Assembly: GCA_964016885.1 (NCBI GenBank)
Contig: OZ024740.1
Location: 144,956,001-145,020,000 of the forward strand
Direction of reading: 5' to 3'
Length of the DNA stretch: 64,000 bases
From: Eledone cirrhosa
Taxonomy: Eukaryota
Shown here: positions 34,441-48,500 of the stretch, in pieces
Layout of the letters: every line of letters starts with the position of its first letter
Position numbering within the stretch: the first letter of the stretch is position 1
Position numbers and translations under genes: made by a program
Notes under the pieces: model-generated
Database searches by the model: none
What the model was told of the DNA's origin: nothing
What the model saw: the letters and a program-made list of their open reading frames with translations, nothing else

Positions 34441-36432
34441 TTCTTTTTGAAATGACACCTTATCGTCTGTAAAAAAAAGATTAATCTGTAGGCTTTGATA
34501 TACAAAGATGAATGGATCATGGTTAGAATATATTTGTTCGATCAGAGCTGATTTAAGGCTAAACAGCAGGCATTCAAGCCTATGTCATTTTTCTTTATCC
34601 ATTCATAGTATTACCGAGGACAACGCTATCCAATGTGTCCTTCGTTTTTTCAAGTCAGCACGGCGCGACTACTATTTTTACTAGTTTGACTAACCATGTT
34701 AGTTCGCTTGTTTGCTTGGACACTTCTAGAGAGCAATATATCTAGGACAAGTTTGTAGAATCATTATTTTTGTTAGTACATAGCAATGCTATGTTGCACT
34801 ATGGTATTGATTGTCATACAATACAGCATTGTGACTGGGAACAATTATCTAGGGACGCTTGCTACATGGAAATATTAATGTAGGCGCCATTATAGTCGAT
34901 GTAGTAAGCCAAGAAATTCCAATTTTATTAAAATTACGGCCTTGGTTATGACAAACATTTTCTATACTCTGAATCTAATATTAGTATTGTAGCAGTACAG
35001 TGCCGTATCGTAACCGTACAGTCACGAGCCCTGCTGGCGTCATTCTACGATAGCCATATTGTGCTTTACTTCTGTACTGTAATACTCGGTCGTTCGTCCG
35101 AGAAACGGCAGTTAAGTTTTAAATCTCAAGAGCACGTTATATAGTAGTCAGAGATGTTACGTTGAGAAAGGAGAAACCAATGGTCTTATAACGAAACAAC
35201 TTGTCACAGAATGAACTTTAATGTGTTTCAGTGGTAAGCTCTCAGGAGAGCTAGACTGCAGGTCTTCAGAGAAGACCCCCCCCCCCATTCCCACCTTCCT
35301 CCTCAAGCGAGTGTTTCGGCCCAGAGCTAGAAGAGTTTTTATAGATTGAACAGCGCGAAAAAAAAGGAATATTACAAAGATGGAAAACAAACAGTTTTTT
35401 TTTTCGTTTTTTTTTCAATATCGAGCGAAAAAGAAATATGTATGAAAAATATTTTAAGTTGAAAAGAAAAACTGCAACTATACTATTATCTATAACTATA
35501 CATATTCCTATAGATTTTACTTGGTTCATTCAGCGTTTGTCATCAATTTATTTTCATAAATAAATGTAAGGCGTAGTTATTCTTTCATAATTTCTTCGTT
35601 TTTATCTCTTGACTTAAACGTCATGTGTCAGTGTTCTATTTTATGCTTGTCTGTGTTTCCGCCCCCCCCCCTCTCTCATATGCTAAAACGAAAAAAAGGA
35701 ACCTGTTTGTACAAGTTATTTATTTATATATTTTTCTTTCATTTTCTCGCACAACTGTTTGCTATTTGTGTATTAAATAGAAAGCAAGAGATCCATTGAT
35801 TGGAAATGAGCAACGTAGAAATACTACCCACTTCCCCTATCGTCTTCTCATAAAAAGAAAGAACTGCATTAAATAATGTCTGAGATATCCAAGATGAGTT
35901 GATTACGACTGAAATGCCTTTCATCATATGTCTGCTCGTCGGCTTTGGCCAGAAATACAACAGCACAAAATCGCCTGCTATTTTAACTGTAACATCCCAA
36001 CTTCACAAGTTAAGTGGCCAGTCACTTAGCACTAGGAAGACAAACTTTTCATCCTTCCGTTGGTTAAGTATCGAGTTACTGGGACAATTAATTTGACAAA
36101 AGTCCCACGTTCAAAATGTGTGTTCTTGTGACAAAATTAGGCATAATTTTTCTACTAATGTCCAACAGCGAGGTGTACTACCTATAGGATTGATGTTTGT
36201 AACGAGAAATGAACCTCCCGAGTAAAATTATGAATGAACTGAAATTTTTTTACTATAAAATATATATATATGTAGCAACAGGCTTAAATGAGGATATTCT
36301 ATTTATATAATATTATTCACATTAAAATCTTAGTTGTTATTTACTGTTTGTAGTAAGATTACATTCCTGCAAAAGTTAGTGGTGGTTGTATACATATAAT
36401 GTATACAGACACGAACATGTAGGATAGCAATG

Positions 36433-36472
<40 letters not shown>

Positions 36473-36498
36473 ACAAAGCAGGATTTGTTTAGAAAATT

Positions 36499-36768
36499 AG
36501 GTAGTAACTTAAAAAATCCACTGAATGGAAAAAAGGATGAGTATTGACGTACATGGGACACGAACCCACATTTTTGGTTTAGCGGACCAATGTGTTACCA
36601 ATACACCAACACGCCACCTATGCTTCCTTCCATTCAATTAGAAGCTATGGGTTCGTGTCCCATCCATGTACCTCAATTCTTATCCTTTTTTCCATTCAGA
36701 GGGTTTTTTTAAATCCCAACTAACAAACTAATTCTATTTAGTCAAATTCGGCGTAAGCATATGGTTAC

Positions 36769-36773
<5 letters not shown>
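36499..36773. mobile_element. Fold-back element containing a tRNA-like unit, between (TA)n tracts
   Basis: Outer AGGTAGTAAC...GTTACTACCT; inner inverted arms ~36511-36568 and 36648-36710. Confidence 0.65.
36545..36615 (-). pseudogene. tRNA-like cloverleaf (GCT at the anticodon position, short variable loop)
   Basis: GGCGTGT-TG-GTGT-ATTGGTA-ACAC-A-TTGGT-CCGCTAA-ACCAA-AAAT-GTGGG-TTCGTGT-CCCAT-GTACGTC-A; T6 about 10 nt downstream; C33 and T58 are non-canonical. Confidence 0.6.
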
Positions 36774-36774
<1 letters not shown>

Positions 36775-36825
<51 letters not shown>

Positions 36826-36891
36826 GAGAATACATATATATATATATAATTAGAGAATACATATATATATATATATATATATAATTAGAGA

Positions 36892-36944
<53 letters not shown>

Positions 36945-36981
36945 GAGAATACATATATATATATATATATATAATTAGAGA

Positions 36982-37036
<55 letters not shown>

Positions 37037-37074
37037 GAGAATACATATATATATATATATATATAATTAGAGAA

Positions 37075-37105
<31 letters not shown>

Positions 37106-37166
37106 AGAGAATACATATATATATATATAATTAGAGAATACATATATATATATATATAATTAGAGA

Positions 37167-37209
<43 letters not shown>

Positions 37210-37420
37210 GAGAATATATATATATATATATATAATTAGAGAATATATATATATATATATATAATTAGAGAATATATATATATATATATATAATTAGAGA
37301 ATACATATATATATATATATAATTAGAGAATACATATATATATATATATATAATTAGAGAATACATATATATATATATATAATTAGAGAATACATATATA
37401 TATATATATATATAATTAGA

Positions 37421-37461
<41 letters not shown>

Positions 37462-37490
37462 GAGAATACATATATATATATATATATATT
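36775..37490. repeat. Compound satellite: ~19 ATTAGAGAAT(AC) units separated by variable (TA)n
   Basis: Counted by eye; one more copy at ~37541 in unique flank. Confidence 0.9.
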
Positions 37491-38649
37491 TATTAAAATA
37501 ACAGATTAAAGTTTAAGCAAAGAATCGCTGCTTTATATATAATTAGAGAATACACTGTCTAATGCGTCCTTATTTGCTTTTTAGTTAAGAATTTTCTTAT
37601 GGGCCAATCACTGGTTCACTATTTTCGATAGTTCGAGTGACGCGGCGGAAGGTGCTATCTGCATCTTAGGTGTAGAGGGGTTAAAAAACAATGTATTTTT
37701 GTTCAAACGCATCGGTTTATCAGTTTTCTGTTATTCTTTGGTGAAAAAATTTATATAAAAATATAATACACAAAAATATACGCTGAGCTTTTATTTAGTT
37801 GCCATCTACTGAATTTTACCCATAAGTTTTTGGTCAACCTAAGGCTATGGGAGAAGACACTTTTTACGAGCAATACATTGAGGCTGAACCTGGAATTAAG
37901 TGGTTGGGGAAGGAACTTTTAAATGACAAAACCATTCCTGCATCCTTATTAGATGACTTAAACAATCCTCTCTTCAGCTATTCCTACCATATACTCCTTA
38001 TATGGTAGGAGTGAAAAGTCAGGAAATGTCGCTCTTCATGACTACTGAACTTATAAACACCAACTAACTTGTTAGATGTTATCGTCATTGTTGGTGACGT
38101 AAAACCATACCAGTTTTCTTTGATAAACGGATTTTACCCAAATCCTGCTGTTATTGACAACTGAATATTAATTTAATAATATAAAATAGATGTTCAACCA
38201 TCCTGATAACAAACTGGAAATACTCCATTTAAAAAAAATAATTTTCTTAAATAGATGCAGGCATGGCTTTGTAGTTAATGAGTTCATATCACACAACGTG
38301 GTTTCAGATCCAGTCTCACTGTGTGCCATCTTGGGCAAGTATCTTCTTGGCCAATGCCTTGTGAGTAACATTTGTTAGATGGGAACTGTCTGTTTACATT
38401 TACTGCTTTATGTCCACAACTTAACAGTTTGACAAAACGTTCGATAAAATAAATATCAGATTTGAAAATAAAAATAAGTACTGATGCTGATATGATCGAC
38501 TAAATTCTTTCAAGGTTATGTCCCAGCATGCAGTTGCTAAAATATTTACAGAAAAACAAATACTGGTGTAGATCTAATCAACTATATACTCGTCTCCAAA
38601 TTTGAGGTCTTGCATTAGAAACCAATATTATTTGGTGACGGCACTGGTT

Positions 38650-39950
38650 AGTCTTCTTCTTGCTCTAGCTTGATGAGGTCAGGGTTGTTCTAAGCTGGCA
38701 ATCTCACAAGAATCATCATGCTTAGAACCAACCAGGTCCATCAGCGCCCTCCAACGCTGGTGATCTTGTGCCAGCTCCTCTGCATCCTCCAAGGTGAGGT
38801 CGAGCCTCCGAAGATTTTCCCTGGTGACATCTAGCCATCTGGTGTGGGGCCTGCCACATGGCCTCTTCCAGCCTGCAGCTGCTGCTTCGAAAGAGAATAA
38901 GGCCCTGGTAGGATGATCTGGTGGAAAGCAGAGGACATGTCCATACCAGCACATATGGCAGGAAGCTGTGGGTTGATTTGTGCACGCATGCAACACTTTG
39001 TTGGAAACATGGTGATGCCATCTGATGTTTTTGATGGTCCTCGGGGTTCTGCTATCGAAGCTGTTGATCAGGCTCTTTGTCAGGGTCTTTGTGAAGAGCC
39101 ACGTTTCTGCTCTGTAGAGAATGGAGAAGACCGATGCATTGTAAATATGGAGCTTTGTCTTTTGGGAGATTGAGCAGTAGAGCCAAAGGGGCTTCCATAG
39201 GGAGTGCATGACCTTGGCAGCCAGGCCACATCTACGGTTGATCTCCAGGGTCAGGTCTCCACTGTTGGTGACAGTCGAGCCCAGGTAAATGAAGGAGCTG
39301 ACAAATTCCATGGTATCAGGGCCAATATAAAGCAGAGGAGGATCTGGGCCATGGCCAACATGCATCAGTTTTGTCTTTGCCCAGCTTACCTGAAGGCCAA
39401 GCTTTGTTGATACCTCCTGGCATATGGTCAGTGCATCTTTGAGTTGATTGATTGAGTTGCTGAATAGAGTGGTGTTTATGTACACGAGGTCGGTTAGGTG
39501 GTAATTCCCAAAGGAAATGCCAGAAACTTGCTCACAGACCTTGGTCATCAGATAGTTGATGACTCAGTTGAAGAGGTCAGGGCAGCCACACAGCCCTCTC
39601 TGACCCTGCTGTTGATGGGGAACCAGTGGGAGTCCTTCCTGTTCACCCACATGTAGCTCTTGGCACTGCTATAGAGCCATTGGAACAGTGTGGTGATCTT
39701 GGGAGGCATACCGACAAGCTGGAGAAGTTTCTAGAGGGATGTGTGGTCAACTGTGTTAAAATCCGCCTTAAGGTCGACGAAGGCAATCTAGAGGCAGCAA
39801 TCTATACAGGACTCTTGAGATCTTTCAGGAGACTCATTTTGTCTTCACAATCCCAACATCGCCTCTAGATTTGCATGCTCCATCGCCAATCACTTCAGTG
39901 TCCTGACCGAGGACAAGACTGAAAACTGGGAGATTTTTAATTCACTGGTT
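38650..39950 (-). mobile_element. Decayed RTE LINE fragment
   Basis: LGLQVSWAKTK, FIYLGS, AETW, WYGHVL, GRPHTRWLD; (AAG)n tail; YADD lost. Confidence 0.85.
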
Positions 39951-41135
39951 AGTAAAATAGGGAAATTGTCTTAGTTATGTCGCTTGATGTTTTGGGGTGG
40001 AAAATATCTGAAAAATTAATAAAGAGGATGGGACGTGATGGATGGACAGACGATTATTTGAGACCTGAGAGTATGTATAGACCCGCAATTTTTTATGGAG
40101 TTATTTTTAATTTTTTATGAGTTTTAAATCCTATAACCATCATTTAACATGTTAGCGCATGTAGTATTTGACACAAAATGTAAACTTACTGTACAAAATT
40201 AGATTTAGAACTACACAAATAAGAGTCAACCGTACATTAAAATAATCATTGCCAAGAGACTGTTTTGGTTTGATATGTACAATGCTAGCGTGGAAATGGA
40301 CGTTGAACGATGATAATGATGATGAATATTTAACCATTTTGATACCAAACTGCTCCTGGTTGTGATACATGGCTTTTTATTTTAAAGTATTTATATTTAT
40401 CTAAAAAAACCTTCCATCCAAATTTTATAAAAAACCTTTAACAATAAATTATATTACTAAATCTTTCCAAGTTCTTGATTACTTTCAAAATAATTTGAAA
40501 ATTATGGGCAGTCATTTATTAGACATGGTAATGAAAGTGTAATGATAGACACAATTTTTAGATTGAGCTACACACCCTCCCCAAAATAAAACCTCTACTT
40601 TCTAGATAGGAGAAACAATGCTAACAGATTTGAATCATCCAAATGACAAGAAATTGTATTTTTTTTAATAAGAAGATACTGATTCCTATATATATATATA
40701 TATATATATATGGAAGTCACGGGTATATTGATAAACTATTGAAAATTTCATACACAATAGAGGGAGAACAAAAACGCTTTTGAGAATAATTGTGAAAAAT
40801 ATTGCTGATCACAGGTGGCGTTTTATTTCTGAGTATCTTGGAGTGGAATATTGAGGAAATGCACAATGATTAACGTTCTCAGAATGCTAAGGGGTGTGTG
40901 TTGGAGGGAGGGAAGAAGGGAGGAATGTATGCTTGTAGAGGTACATGTGCGTGTGTGTGCGTGTGTGTGTGTGTAATATTAGTATGATCTAATATACATG
41001 CAAGATGTATGCTTACTATGCATGTAAGAATATTAAAGAAATGTTGATATAAATATTTTTATATTTATATAAGGTAATGGCAGTTTCTGACTCTGAAGAA
41101 TTATATTCTGATAGTGTTCTGTCTTTAACTCTTAA

Positions 41136-41334
41136 CATCCTGTAATGGTTTAACAGAAAATATCTAAAAATGAGTTTGTTAATTTAAATGTTTATAGTAG
41201 TTTATACTAGTGGACAGATCATTGTGAAAATTTGTAGTAAATTAAACTAAAGACATTTAATGTGATGCAGTGATAGAGCTGTTTTGTACTTTATGAGAAT
41301 GTCTTACTAATGCAGTTTCATCTGGTACAGGATG
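41136..41334. mobile_element. TTAA-flanked MITE (piggyBac-type); other copies at 48436-48628 and ~53390-53590
   Basis: TTAA|CATCCTGTA...TACAGGATG|TTAA; the second copy is also TTAA-flanked. Confidence 0.75.
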
Positions 41335-41596
41335 TTAAGTTAAACATATGCAGTAAAAATAATTTTATACAAAAAACAAGGTATTGTTCTTTTACTGGTT
41401 TCAATCATTGGACTGTGGCCATGCTGGGGCACCACCTTTTAGTCTATAGTCAATTGTATTCCAGTATATAATCTTTTACTTTATTTTATTGATCTCAGAA
41501 TAAGACAATAAAATAAGGTGGGAATTGAATTGAGAAAATACCTTGTATTTGATAACATTATTTGGTAACTAATTTGATAACATTATTTGGGTAAAT

Positions 41597-41775
41597 TGGC
41601 AGTATCGGTAGAGGGTTGGACGCCTTGCTTTGACACATAGTTACGGCCCCTGCCATTCTGAGTTCAAATCCCGCCGAGGTTAACTTTGCCTTTCATCTTT
41701 ACGGGGTCGATAAAATAAAGTACCAGTAATGTACTGGGTAATTGCTGGCCTTGTGCCAATAGTAGAAACAATTAA
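41597..41775 (+). mobile_element. Deu/Nin-like SINE
   Basis: Family match; TTGGTAACTAATTTGAT repeated on both sides. Confidence 0.85.
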
Positions 41776-41825
41776 TTGGTAACTAATTTGATTGTGCTCT
41801 GTAAATCTAAGGAGAAATATTTCCA

Positions 41826-42685
41826 TATATTGTTTCATCAGAGAGCTTATACCACTATTGGCCGCTAAAGGTTTCTCCCTAAAAATGAAAGGCAGGCTGT
41901 ATGATGCCAGCATACGAACAGCAATGTTACATGGTAGTGAGACATGGGCATTGTGTGCAGAGGATCTGCGCAGACTGGAGAGGAACGAAGCTTGCATGCT
42001 ACATTGGATGTGTAATAGTAATATACGTGAACGGCAAAGCATAAATGAACTAAGTGAGAAATTAGGAATAAGAGGGATCAGATGCTGTTTACTCGGGAGA
42101 AGACTACGTTGGTATGGTCACATGATGCGCATGAAAGACGGCTGTATAAAAAAGTGCAGGGCGATCAAAACAGATGGAAGCTACGGAGTAGGCAGACCCA
42201 GAAAAACCTGGGACGATTTGATAAATTCCGACCTTACACACTTACACCTCTCCAAGACAATGTCACTGGACCGAGATCTTTGGCGCTACGCAGTAATACA
42301 GAAGACCCGCTTTGCCTATGTACAAAGCTAAACCTAGTCAGTAGGCACCTCCTAACCAAAATACACCCCCATCCCTCTACACCACCCCTTTCTCTGTAAA
42401 GTTATGTTGGTGCCACAACATCCAGTCCTAAATAAATGAGGCCGTGTAGGTGTTACGACAAAAAAAAACACAGTCCACGCTGTAATGTGGTCATGTAGGT
42501 AACACGGTAAAAACTTCCCAGTCCACACTGTAAATGTGGTTGGTGTTAGGAAGGGCATCCAGCCGTAGAAAACCCGCCAGACAGTCCTATACGAGCAAGA
42601 CAACCAATCTTGCCTCACGTGGGACAATTCCCGTCTAAACCCATGCTAGCGTGGAAGATGGACATTAAACGATGATGATGATATA
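41826..42685 (+). mobile_element. RTE LINE 3' fragment with 3' UTR and (GAT)n tail
   Basis: MLHGSETW, RLRWYGHMMR, GRPRKTW; tail AAACGATGATGATG; short 3'-end copies at ~40283, ~48320, ~51660. Confidence 0.85.
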
Positions 42686-45407
42686 TATATATTTTTTTTT
42701 TCGTGAGATTTCTTAAATTGGCTCAATGGTAAATTTACTTAAATTTTTTTTTCTACCATTCTTCACATTCTTTTGTTTTAATATCCCAAACAAAGCCACA
42801 AATTTTCTTTGACCTCCATTTTTATTATTACTAGTTGTAGGACTCAAGCACTCATTACAATGTGTATATAAGTGTGATGAGAAAAATTTTTGAATATATC
42901 ATAGAGCATAGGAATTAATTTTATATCATTATTTTTCTAAAATAATTTTGTGGTTATAAACTTGAGAGAGAACATGTGCATCAGACAAAGAGATAATAAT
43001 TTTAATTTATTTGATCTCCTTCAACCTAAGTACAGCCAAACCCATATAATAACTGATGGCAGAAAACTGGGAAATTGTGGACATTTGTCTCACCAATTGT
43101 AAAAATACAGATGTCGAGCTCTAGCGATTTTTCTTCAGTGATGTAGAAAAGCAAAGGCGTTCTGAATTCGAATTGTACCAAAGTCACCTTTGCTTTTCAT
43201 CCTTTCGAGTTTGATAAAAGAAAAAAGTAAAAAAAGTACCAGTCTAATACTGGGATTGATTCTTCCTCTATATCTCTTTCTCACTTCCTCTCTTTCTCAC
43301 TTCCTCTCTATCACTCTCATGCCCAAGAAATGCTGTTTGCCATTATGGCACCCCTGACTCCATCAGAAGTTATGAGTTCAAGAAGAGATGTAGATACGAA
43401 TGATTTCTTAGATCTAAGGCCACACAATTTAGGAAAGTAGTTCAATCAATTCAATCAACACCAGTACTTGACTGCTACTTATTTTATTGGCCATCTCTTA
43501 GAAATAAGAAAGACAAAGTTAGTCCAGCAGGATTTGAGTTCAGGACCTAACTAAATATCATGCAGCATTGTCTCGCTTTATCAATTCTGCTGTAATCTCT
43601 AAATCGTTATTGTTTTATATTAAATTTTAGAAGAAAAGAAAGGAGGATAATTGTTTTAGTTTCACTTGCATAATTATTCTCTACAAATTATTGATAAATA
43701 TTTTAGGTTAGCTTGTAAACGAAATGTTTGAACTCATGCCAATAAAACCGCCTTTAAGTAGTCCTACTGAACCGACTAGAAAATGAAGGCAGATCTTCCT
43801 TAACCCTTTAAGCATTTAAACCAGCCGTATTTGGTCAGAATTCTCTCATTTTCTGTTCAAACCGGCTGTAACTGGCAACTCATACTGATGTTAAGGTATT
43901 GTTCTCAAAATAAATATCAAAATTTAGTAGATTTGGTATTATGTGAAATATGTGAGCTAAAGCCTTTACCATAAAAATACAATAGTAAATATTGCGTATA
44001 TATATGCTAAAGGAAAGACTCATTGGATAATGTAGTCCTATGTACGCCGTATCTTTTGGGTTTGGGGTCAGGATCTAAAAACTGGGATAGTCATTGCTGA
44101 TTACCTTCATTATAGAACTGCTCAATCAGAGCTGACTTTGAGCTAAACAACAACAACCACTTGAGAGCTGTTATTTGTCATAGCTTCAGGTTTGGTGTAT
44201 CTACAACTGTTATATACGCAATAGGTAACTGTCTATAGTTTAATTAGGTTTTAGATTCTTAAATACATTTGTCAATTTATTGGCTTTTTATTTTCAGTTT
44301 TATTAAAATGATGTAGATTTACTGATGTTTATCAGGCATTGCCACAATTGTAAATTGTGATTGGGTTCATTATTTGCACTTTTATTTAAAAGCTTAACGC
44401 ATGTCTGTGTGTATGTGTATGTACATGTATATATGTGTATGTACGTGTGTATGTACGTGTGCGTGCATGTGTGCGTGTGTGTATGTATACGTGTGTGTGT
44501 GTGTGAATGTGTATGTATGCGTGTGTGTATGTATGTATGCACACGTAAACATGGATGCTTATGAATGCTACTGTTTTTGTTTAACTTCCAGCGATGACCA
44601 TCCTGTGTTTTTTTTTTTTTTAAACATAGCATTATCCAATGTGTGTTGCAAGTTGACTGAGATTTGATGGAGATTTGGCTGCCAGTTCTTGCAAGTCAAT
44701 TTAACACTCAGTAGCTCCCTCATTGACTGGTAGGGTATAATGATGTCTGTGGGGAGGTATTTGGTTTATAGGTGTCAATTAATGGTAGTTCACTGTTATT
44801 AGTCTTTATCTTGATTGTATTTTGTTAGAACCGCCAACTTTACTAAACCTAAATGCTGTCTGTAGTGGAAGGTTGCTTTCTTTCCAACCCCTTCCTTCAC
44901 TTAATTTTTGGCAGTAGTGAGGAGGGAGTTTCCTTTATCCTCCATCATATCCCCATCCCACTAAGTATCAATAATTTAGTTAAAAAATTAGTTCTGAAAT
45001 AGAATTATGATGAAAATAGATATTTGCCTGCCAAGTTGCCTGCTTTTTGTGTCAATTTATAAATGATAAGCACTTAGAGAAATAGGTAAATAGAACAGCA
45101 ATAAATATGAACTTTATTATCTTTATGGTCATGCTATATTTTGAAATGTTGAGGCATGCATATCTTTTGTTAAACCAGCTGCTCCAAAATACATTGATAG
45201 TGTTCTATATTTTAATAGTGAAAATATTAATCATACACACATTTTAAGGCACAAATACAGATGCATGCATACATTGTAACAGAAAAATATACATGCACAA
45301 ATACCCAAGTATACACACATTTTAAGGCAGAAACACACCTAGATGTGCAAGCTTTAAGGTAGAAACACATACAGAAATAGCTTCTGTTTACATGTATTAT
45401 TTTTTAA

Positions 45408-45525
45408 ACTGAGTTCAAATCCCGCCGAGGTTGACTTTGCCTTTCATCCTTACGGGGTCGATAAAATAAAGTACCAGTAATGCACTGGGTAATTGCTGGC
45501 CTTGTGCCTAAAGTAGAAACAATTA
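45408..45525 (+). mobile_element. 5'-truncated Deu/Nin-like SINE
   Basis: Family match; TTTTTAAACTGA on both flanks. Confidence 0.8.
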
Positions 45526-48500
45526 GTTTTTAAACTGAACACAAAATCCATTCATAAAAATAGGTGAGTTTTGAAAAAAAACAGTATATTGCTGGTATAT
45601 ATCGAGCCTAGAGGTAATAAAGTTGATGAGACAAAAATTTAAACTCAAAAACTGTAGGGGCTGAAACTAAAATACAGTGAAGCATTTAGCCTTCTGTTTT
45701 ACCCTTTTGACTATTACCTTTATAAAAAAACTTTCACTCCAATAACTGAGGCCTGGAGATAGTGACGACTGCCATGATACCCTTGGGTACTGGCAACTTT
45801 TACTCATAGCAATGTATTGAACAAGCCAGCAACTTGAAAAATATTATTAGCTATTGATTAGTATCCTTCAAATTACATACATTTTAAATAAGGCAAGGAC
45901 GTATTAGATGCATACCTTTTAAAAGAAGGGATGTTTATGGCTAGAATGCCTTTTATCATAGTTTCCTTAAGAATGGTTAACCTGGGTATAAACAACAGCT
46001 GATAGCAGCCTATCAAAGGTCATATTTATCAGACATTCCATATGACAATATACAACTACTGACAACTAGGTAAACTAAGTTAATGTAGAATAAGTGTGTG
46101 AACACAATATAGCTGAATGGTTAAGAAGTTCACTTCACAATCATGAGGCCCCAGGTTCAATCCCATTGCATTGCTTCTTGGGCAAGAGTCATTTAGTATA
46201 GCCTCAGACTGACTTGACGGAATTGAGTAGACAGAAACTGTTTGAAAGCCCATCAGATGGATTGTATCTGTAATTCAAGGACCCCCCCCCTCTCTCTCTC
46301 TCTCTCCCCCTCTCCCTCTCCCTCTCTCTGAGTATTATGTTAAGAATACATGTCTGTGGAATGCTCAGCCACTTGAATGTTAATTTCACCATCAGTACAT
46401 TCTGTTGATTTAACACCTGGAACATTCATGGTTAAAATTAATGGAGGTCCATTCCAGGTTAATTTCATGAGCAGACAGTTCTGTTGATCAAATCAACTGG
46501 AGCACCCATTGTCAACTAATGGAGGTCTAATGCACACATGCACGTATGCACACAAGCACTCACACATACATAAACAAAGAAGTCGGTGTCCTACCCAGAA
46601 AGAGAGCTCTTGCAGTGGATTTGATCTTGTGACCTACACAGGAAGCTCAAATTAACTATAAAAAAACAAAGGAATGGAAATCACAGAATTAGTGTCTGGT
46701 GTAAATGATTAATTTTACCAATTAAGATAGATAGTTGATGATTAGTAGAAATGCTATTGGATTATCTTTGCAATCACGACTGATGCACAACTGTCAGAAA
46801 TATGTTGCAATCATGGGTGTTGAATTATTTCCAGTGAGTGAAATTGGGTAGATGGAGGGAAGCTGTATAGAAGCAGCTAGTTGAATAAGCTAAGCTGTAG
46901 CTGTAATTCAAGGGGTGAGTTAGCTTTGTCATGCTGAGTCAGTGATAACATATTGAACATTCTTTCAACAATCGTGTGTTTGTGTGCACACATACATGCA
47001 TGTGTGTATGTTGCTGCTGAGAGAGAAAGATAGTGATTGTTTCAGTGTGGAGATAAGAAAGATATTAAGAGGGTGTGAAAGGTTGGAAACTAAAATTGAT
47101 CATTTGTAAATTTAGTTCTATTCATTTTTCTTTTCTGAAATCCACAGTTACTGCTCGTTTTTATTTTGTAGTTATCAACAAAGAGTACTAGTGTTACTCC
47201 ATTTTATATTCTCATTTACCTTACCTCTGCTTTAGATCCATCCAGGAATCTACTAACCTTAGTTTTGTGTGGTCACTTTCCCAGTTTCATCTCCATATAG
47301 TCCACTATATATTTCTAACATAGCACTTAAGAAAAGTATATTATACATGCATATACATTTTCAGGAATTTTTACTGAGCTTAAAAATACTCGATTCAAAG
47401 AAGATTGCAAATATGTTTTAATAACAATTGTTTACAAATGGTATTTAATATATCGGCAATATTTGATATTTGGGAATCGGTGTAATTGAATGTTGTTTGT
47501 CTCAAAGATAATATTGTTGAAATAAATATAATTACTTTTTTTTTATATTTATATTATGTAGAAAACAATCATATCAAACAGAAAAAATATATTAACATAA
47601 TACCTTAAAAACATTACTAGAAACACATTGTCAAGTTAACATGATGCCTTTTGTATCTAATTTGTATTTAAATACACCTTAGTGCATTACAAAAATCGCT
47701 AGAAATAGCCAATTTTTGCAAACCTCCCACCTATACTGATTTTTGCCATCCACTTTTGAAACAAAAAAACAAAGCAAAAAAAAAAAATTATTTAAAGAAT
47801 GTTTTAATTTATCAACTGTCCAATAAAATCTTTAGCTACTGTCACACAGTAGCCTCATGTTCTTCACTCTTTTCTTATTGCTTTATTCCTGTCACCCTAG
47901 ATATTTATCTCAGTGATGTCAGTTGCACTAATGTTAAGGACAAATGAAGGTGACACTAAACGCCTTCCACTCCCATGTCATGCCATATATAAAGTTAATT
48001 GTAATACCTATAGGATTGGGGAAATCGAGGAAGCATCTACATGGACGCTAGACATTGCTAGAAATAGCTGCCAATGAATCTCCATCAAACCAAAGCTTAA
48101 TGCTCTTGATACTAAACCACCTGAAGTTATCCCTAATACTATGATACAAAACTATCTATTTTAAAGTGTTTATATTTATCTAAAGGATTTTTTGATAAAA
48201 CATATTTTGAAAGAAGCAGTTTCAGGTGGCTTGATATCGAAAGGCTTTAAAAAGCTAGTGGTAACATTTGTTTATTTTCTCATAAATTATATGTCTTGTA
48301 GCAGTTCAGCAAAAATAAGGTATGAGTTGGCATCAGAAAGGGTATCCAGCAATAGAAAACCTACTTTAAAAAGACTTGTTCAAACCATGCAAGCATGGAA
48401 AAAGCAAACATAAAATGGTGATTATCAACACTTAACATCCTGCAATGATCTAGCAGAAAATATCTAAAAAGAAGTTTAATTCTAATGTATAGAGTATCTT

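Noticed and set aside
36545-36615. Functional tRNA-Ser(GCT) gene
   Set aside because: No long variable arm, C33, T58, several G-T pairs in the acceptor stem, and it lies inside a repeat.
36775-37490. CRISPR-like constant repeats with variable spacers
   Set aside because: Spacers are pure (TA)n, the repeat is 12 nt, there are no cas genes and the context is eukaryotic.
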